From Ignicoccus pacificus DSM 13166 (GTDB lineage: Archaea; Thermoproteota; Thermoprotei_A; Sulfolobales; Ignicoccaceae), in assembly GCA_025340205.1 (NCBI GenBank), contig CP006868.1, positions 150,001 to 182,000 on the forward strand: a stretch of DNA of 32,000 nt. The letters run 5' to 3'. A program made the translations under genes and the position numbers. Under the pieces are notes generated by a model. It had not been told where the DNA came from, did not search any database, and was given only the letters and a program-made list of their open reading frames with translations. This document shows positions 30,423-32,000 of the stretch, piece by piece. The first letter of the stretch is position 1; each line of letters starts with the position of its first letter.

Positions 30423-32000
30423 GTGAGTGCAGTGGCCACAGTATCCGAGCTGAGGATAAAGGAGCTACCGAGGAAACCTTCGACCTTCAAGGAGACCTAT
30501 GTGGAGATAGCTGGAAGGAAGATCCCGATAGGAGGTCCCTTCCCGAAGCCCAAGGAGGGGGAAAGGGTCGTAAAGGTAACCAATAGCCTGTGTCCTCAGT
30601 GCTATCGCTTGCTTCCCGCAATAGTGGTTGAGAGGGAAGGTAAGGTCTATATTAGAAGAATATGTCCGGAACACGGCGAGATAGAAGAGGTATACTACGG
30701 AGACGCCGAGATTTACCATAGGTTCGAGAAGTGGGAAAGGGATGGAACAGGAACCTTGGCACATGTGGACTTGACGGCTCCGTGCCCGTTCTCGTGTGGC
30801 CTATGTCCCCTTCACAAGTCCCACACCGCCTTAGTGAACCTAGTCGTGACTAACCGCTGTGACCTAACTTGCTGGTACTGCTTCTTCTATGCTGAGAAGG
30901 CGGGATATGTCTACGAGCCCACTTTAGAGCAGATAAAGTTCATGATTGAGCAAGTGAAGAAGGAGAACGTACCGGTGGCTGTTCAGCTGACCGGCGGAGA
31001 GCCTACTATGAGGAAGGACTTGGTCGAAATAGTTAGACTCCTTAGAGAGATGGGGGTCAGACACATTCAGTTGAACACACACGGAATTAGGTTTGCTGAG
31101 CTCTACCTAGAAGACCCCCAAAAGGCGATCGAGTACACCAGAAGCCTGAGGTACATGCCAGATGGGAGAATCGGAGTAAACACCGTTTACCTATCCTTCG
31201 ACGGAGTAACTCCTCAGACCAATCCCAAGAACCACTGGGAGGTGCCTTACACTTTTGCGGCTTTTAGAAAAGGAGGAATGACCTCAGTAGTCTTAGTCCC
31301 CACGGTAATTAAAAACTGGAACCTCCATGAAGTAGGTGACATCGTCAGATTCGCCGCTTACAATATGGATATAGTGAGAGGAGTCAACTTCCAGCCAGTA
31401 TCCTTAACTGGACTCATGCCGAGGAGGGAAAGGAATCAAGCGAGGGTGACGATACCTGACTTGATAAAGGCGTTGGAGGAGCAGACCGATGGACAGATAA
31501 GGAAGGAGCATTGGTATCCTGTCCCCGTCACCGTGGCCTTCTCCAGATTCATGGAGGCCTTCAGTCCAGATACCCCTCACTTCGAGATGACCAATCATCC
31601 CATGTGCGGAGCGGCGACATATGTATACGTGGAGAGGAAGGGTAAGGACGTAAAGTTCATCCCCTTGCCGGAGTTCGTGGACGTCGAAGGACTGGCGGAG
31701 TACTTGGAGGAGAAAGCTAGGGAGTTAGAAGGAGGTGGAAAGTTCACCAAGGCTAAGGTCGGAATGAAGGTGTTATATAACTTGAGGAAGTTCATAGATC
31801 AAGAAAAGGCGCCGGAGGGCTTCGACTTCTGGAAGATACTCTACAACGTCCTACTCAAGAGGAACTACTCCGCGCTAGCGGAACTCCACTATAAGCTCCT
31901 CTACCTAGGATCGATGCACTTCATGGATCTCTACAATTACGATGTACAGAGAGTGATGAGGTGCAACATCCATTACACCAGTCCAGACGGAAGAGTCATA
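30423..32000 (+). CDS. tes: radical SAM enzyme, tetraether lipid synthase (Tes / GDGT-MAS)-like, 3'-truncated by the window edge
   Basis: Absent from the ORF track because it has no stop in the window. The frame is open from the TAG at 30390-30392 to base 32000. Candidate starts are GTG 30399, 30423 and 30432. Elements: [24 protein letters not shown], zinc-ribbon/rubredoxin-like CPQC...CPEHG, auxiliary [11 protein letters not shown], radical SAM CX3CX2C ([10 protein letters not shown]), GGEPT, and C-terminal [11 protein letters not shown] and [24 protein letters not shown]. Radical SAM is near-certain; the Tes assignment rests on my memory of the family. Confidence 0.7.
   Translation, partial: MSAVATVSELRIKELPRKPSTFKETYVEIAGRKIPIGGPFPKPKEGERVVKVTNSLCPQCYRLLPAIVVEREGKVYIRRICPEHGEIEEVYYGDAEIYHRFEKWERDGTGTLAHVDLTAPCPFSCGLCPLHKSHTALVNLVVTNRCDLTCWYCFFYAEKAGYVYEPTLEQIKFMIEQVKKENVPVAVQLTGGEPTMRKDLVEIVRLLREMGVRHIQLNTHGIRFAELYLEDPQKAIEYTRSLRYMPDGRIGVNTVYLSFDGVTPQTNPKNHWEVPYTFAAFRKGGMTSVVLVPTVIKNWNLHEVGDIVRFAAYNMDIVRGVNFQPVSLTGLMPRRERNQARVTIPDLIKALEEQTDGQIRKEHWYPVPVTVAFSRFMEAFSPDTPHFEMTNHPMCGAATYVYVERKGKDVKFIPLPEFVDVEGLAEYLEEKARELEGGGKFTKAKVGMKVLYNLRKFIDQEKAPEGFDFWKILYNVLLKRNYSALAELHYKLLYLGSMHFMDLYNYDVQRVMRCNIHYTSPDGRVI

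Noticed and set aside
30320-30764. ORF-track entries 30320..30586 (+, 88 aa) and 30465..30764 (-, 99 aa)
   Set aside because: Both overlap the much longer open frame of the radical SAM gene (30393 to the window end). That frame carries CX3CX2C and other family motifs, so the listed ORFs are frame or antisense artefacts.
31404-31795. Minus-strand ORFs 31404..31598 and 31595..31795
   Set aside because: They are antisense to the radical SAM coding frame and have no supporting motif.
1-32000. Search by eye for CRISPR arrays, tRNA/rRNA genes, IS elements, integrases and long direct or inverted repeats
   Set aside because: I saw no regularly spaced repeats, no T-loop-like GGTTCGAATC-type segments in the intergenic gaps, and no transposase or integrase-like ORFs. 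A manual scan cannot exclude short or diverged repeats. tRNAscan-SE, Infernal and a self-dot-plot would settle it.

Overview
This 32-kb chromosomal segment reads as a (hyper)thermophilic archaeon, probably a crenarchaeote/TACK lineage. Supporting signs are AGG/AGA Arg and ATA Ile codon bias, many GTG/TTG starts, GAGGTGA-type Shine-Dalgarno motifs before operon-internal genes, a Tes-like radical SAM gene and a NurA-like gene. I count about 35 densely packed protein-coding genes on both strands. By eye I found no rRNA, tRNA, CRISPR array, transposase or integrase. Main blocks are as follows. (1) 880-7682 holds a Nap-type molybdoenzyme cluster: a Tat-signal NapA-like catalytic subunit of 1240 aa, a Tat-signal NapG-like tetra-cluster ferredoxin, a NapH-like membrane polyferredoxin with a large membrane insertion, and a convergent small NapD-like candidate. 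(2) Housekeeping and accessory genes follow: a ClpP-fold membrane protease, a HemK-like methyltransferase and ilvBN. (3) 13398-15126 holds an orphan NurA-like nuclease with two tiny membrane proteins. (4) 15061-23312 is a divergent seven-gene unit. Its core (16560-21250) is an HExxH + degenerate vWA-like protein, a MoxR/AAA_5-like ATPase with non-canonical Walker motifs and a Cys4 insertion, and a 513-aa orphan. This core is visibly more A/T-rich than its flanks and is my best candidate for an undescribed system. (5) Next come a methyltransferase, a UbiA prenyltransferase, PmbA/TldE and an APC permease. (6) 28246-30305 is an A/T-rich islet of small orphan ORFs. (7) A 3'-truncated Tes/GDGT-synthase-like radical SAM gene runs off the window end and is absent from the ORF track, as is a truncated minus-strand gene at 1-759. 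All family assignments come from motif recognition by eye. No database search was possible, so they are hypotheses to verify with HMM or structure searches.
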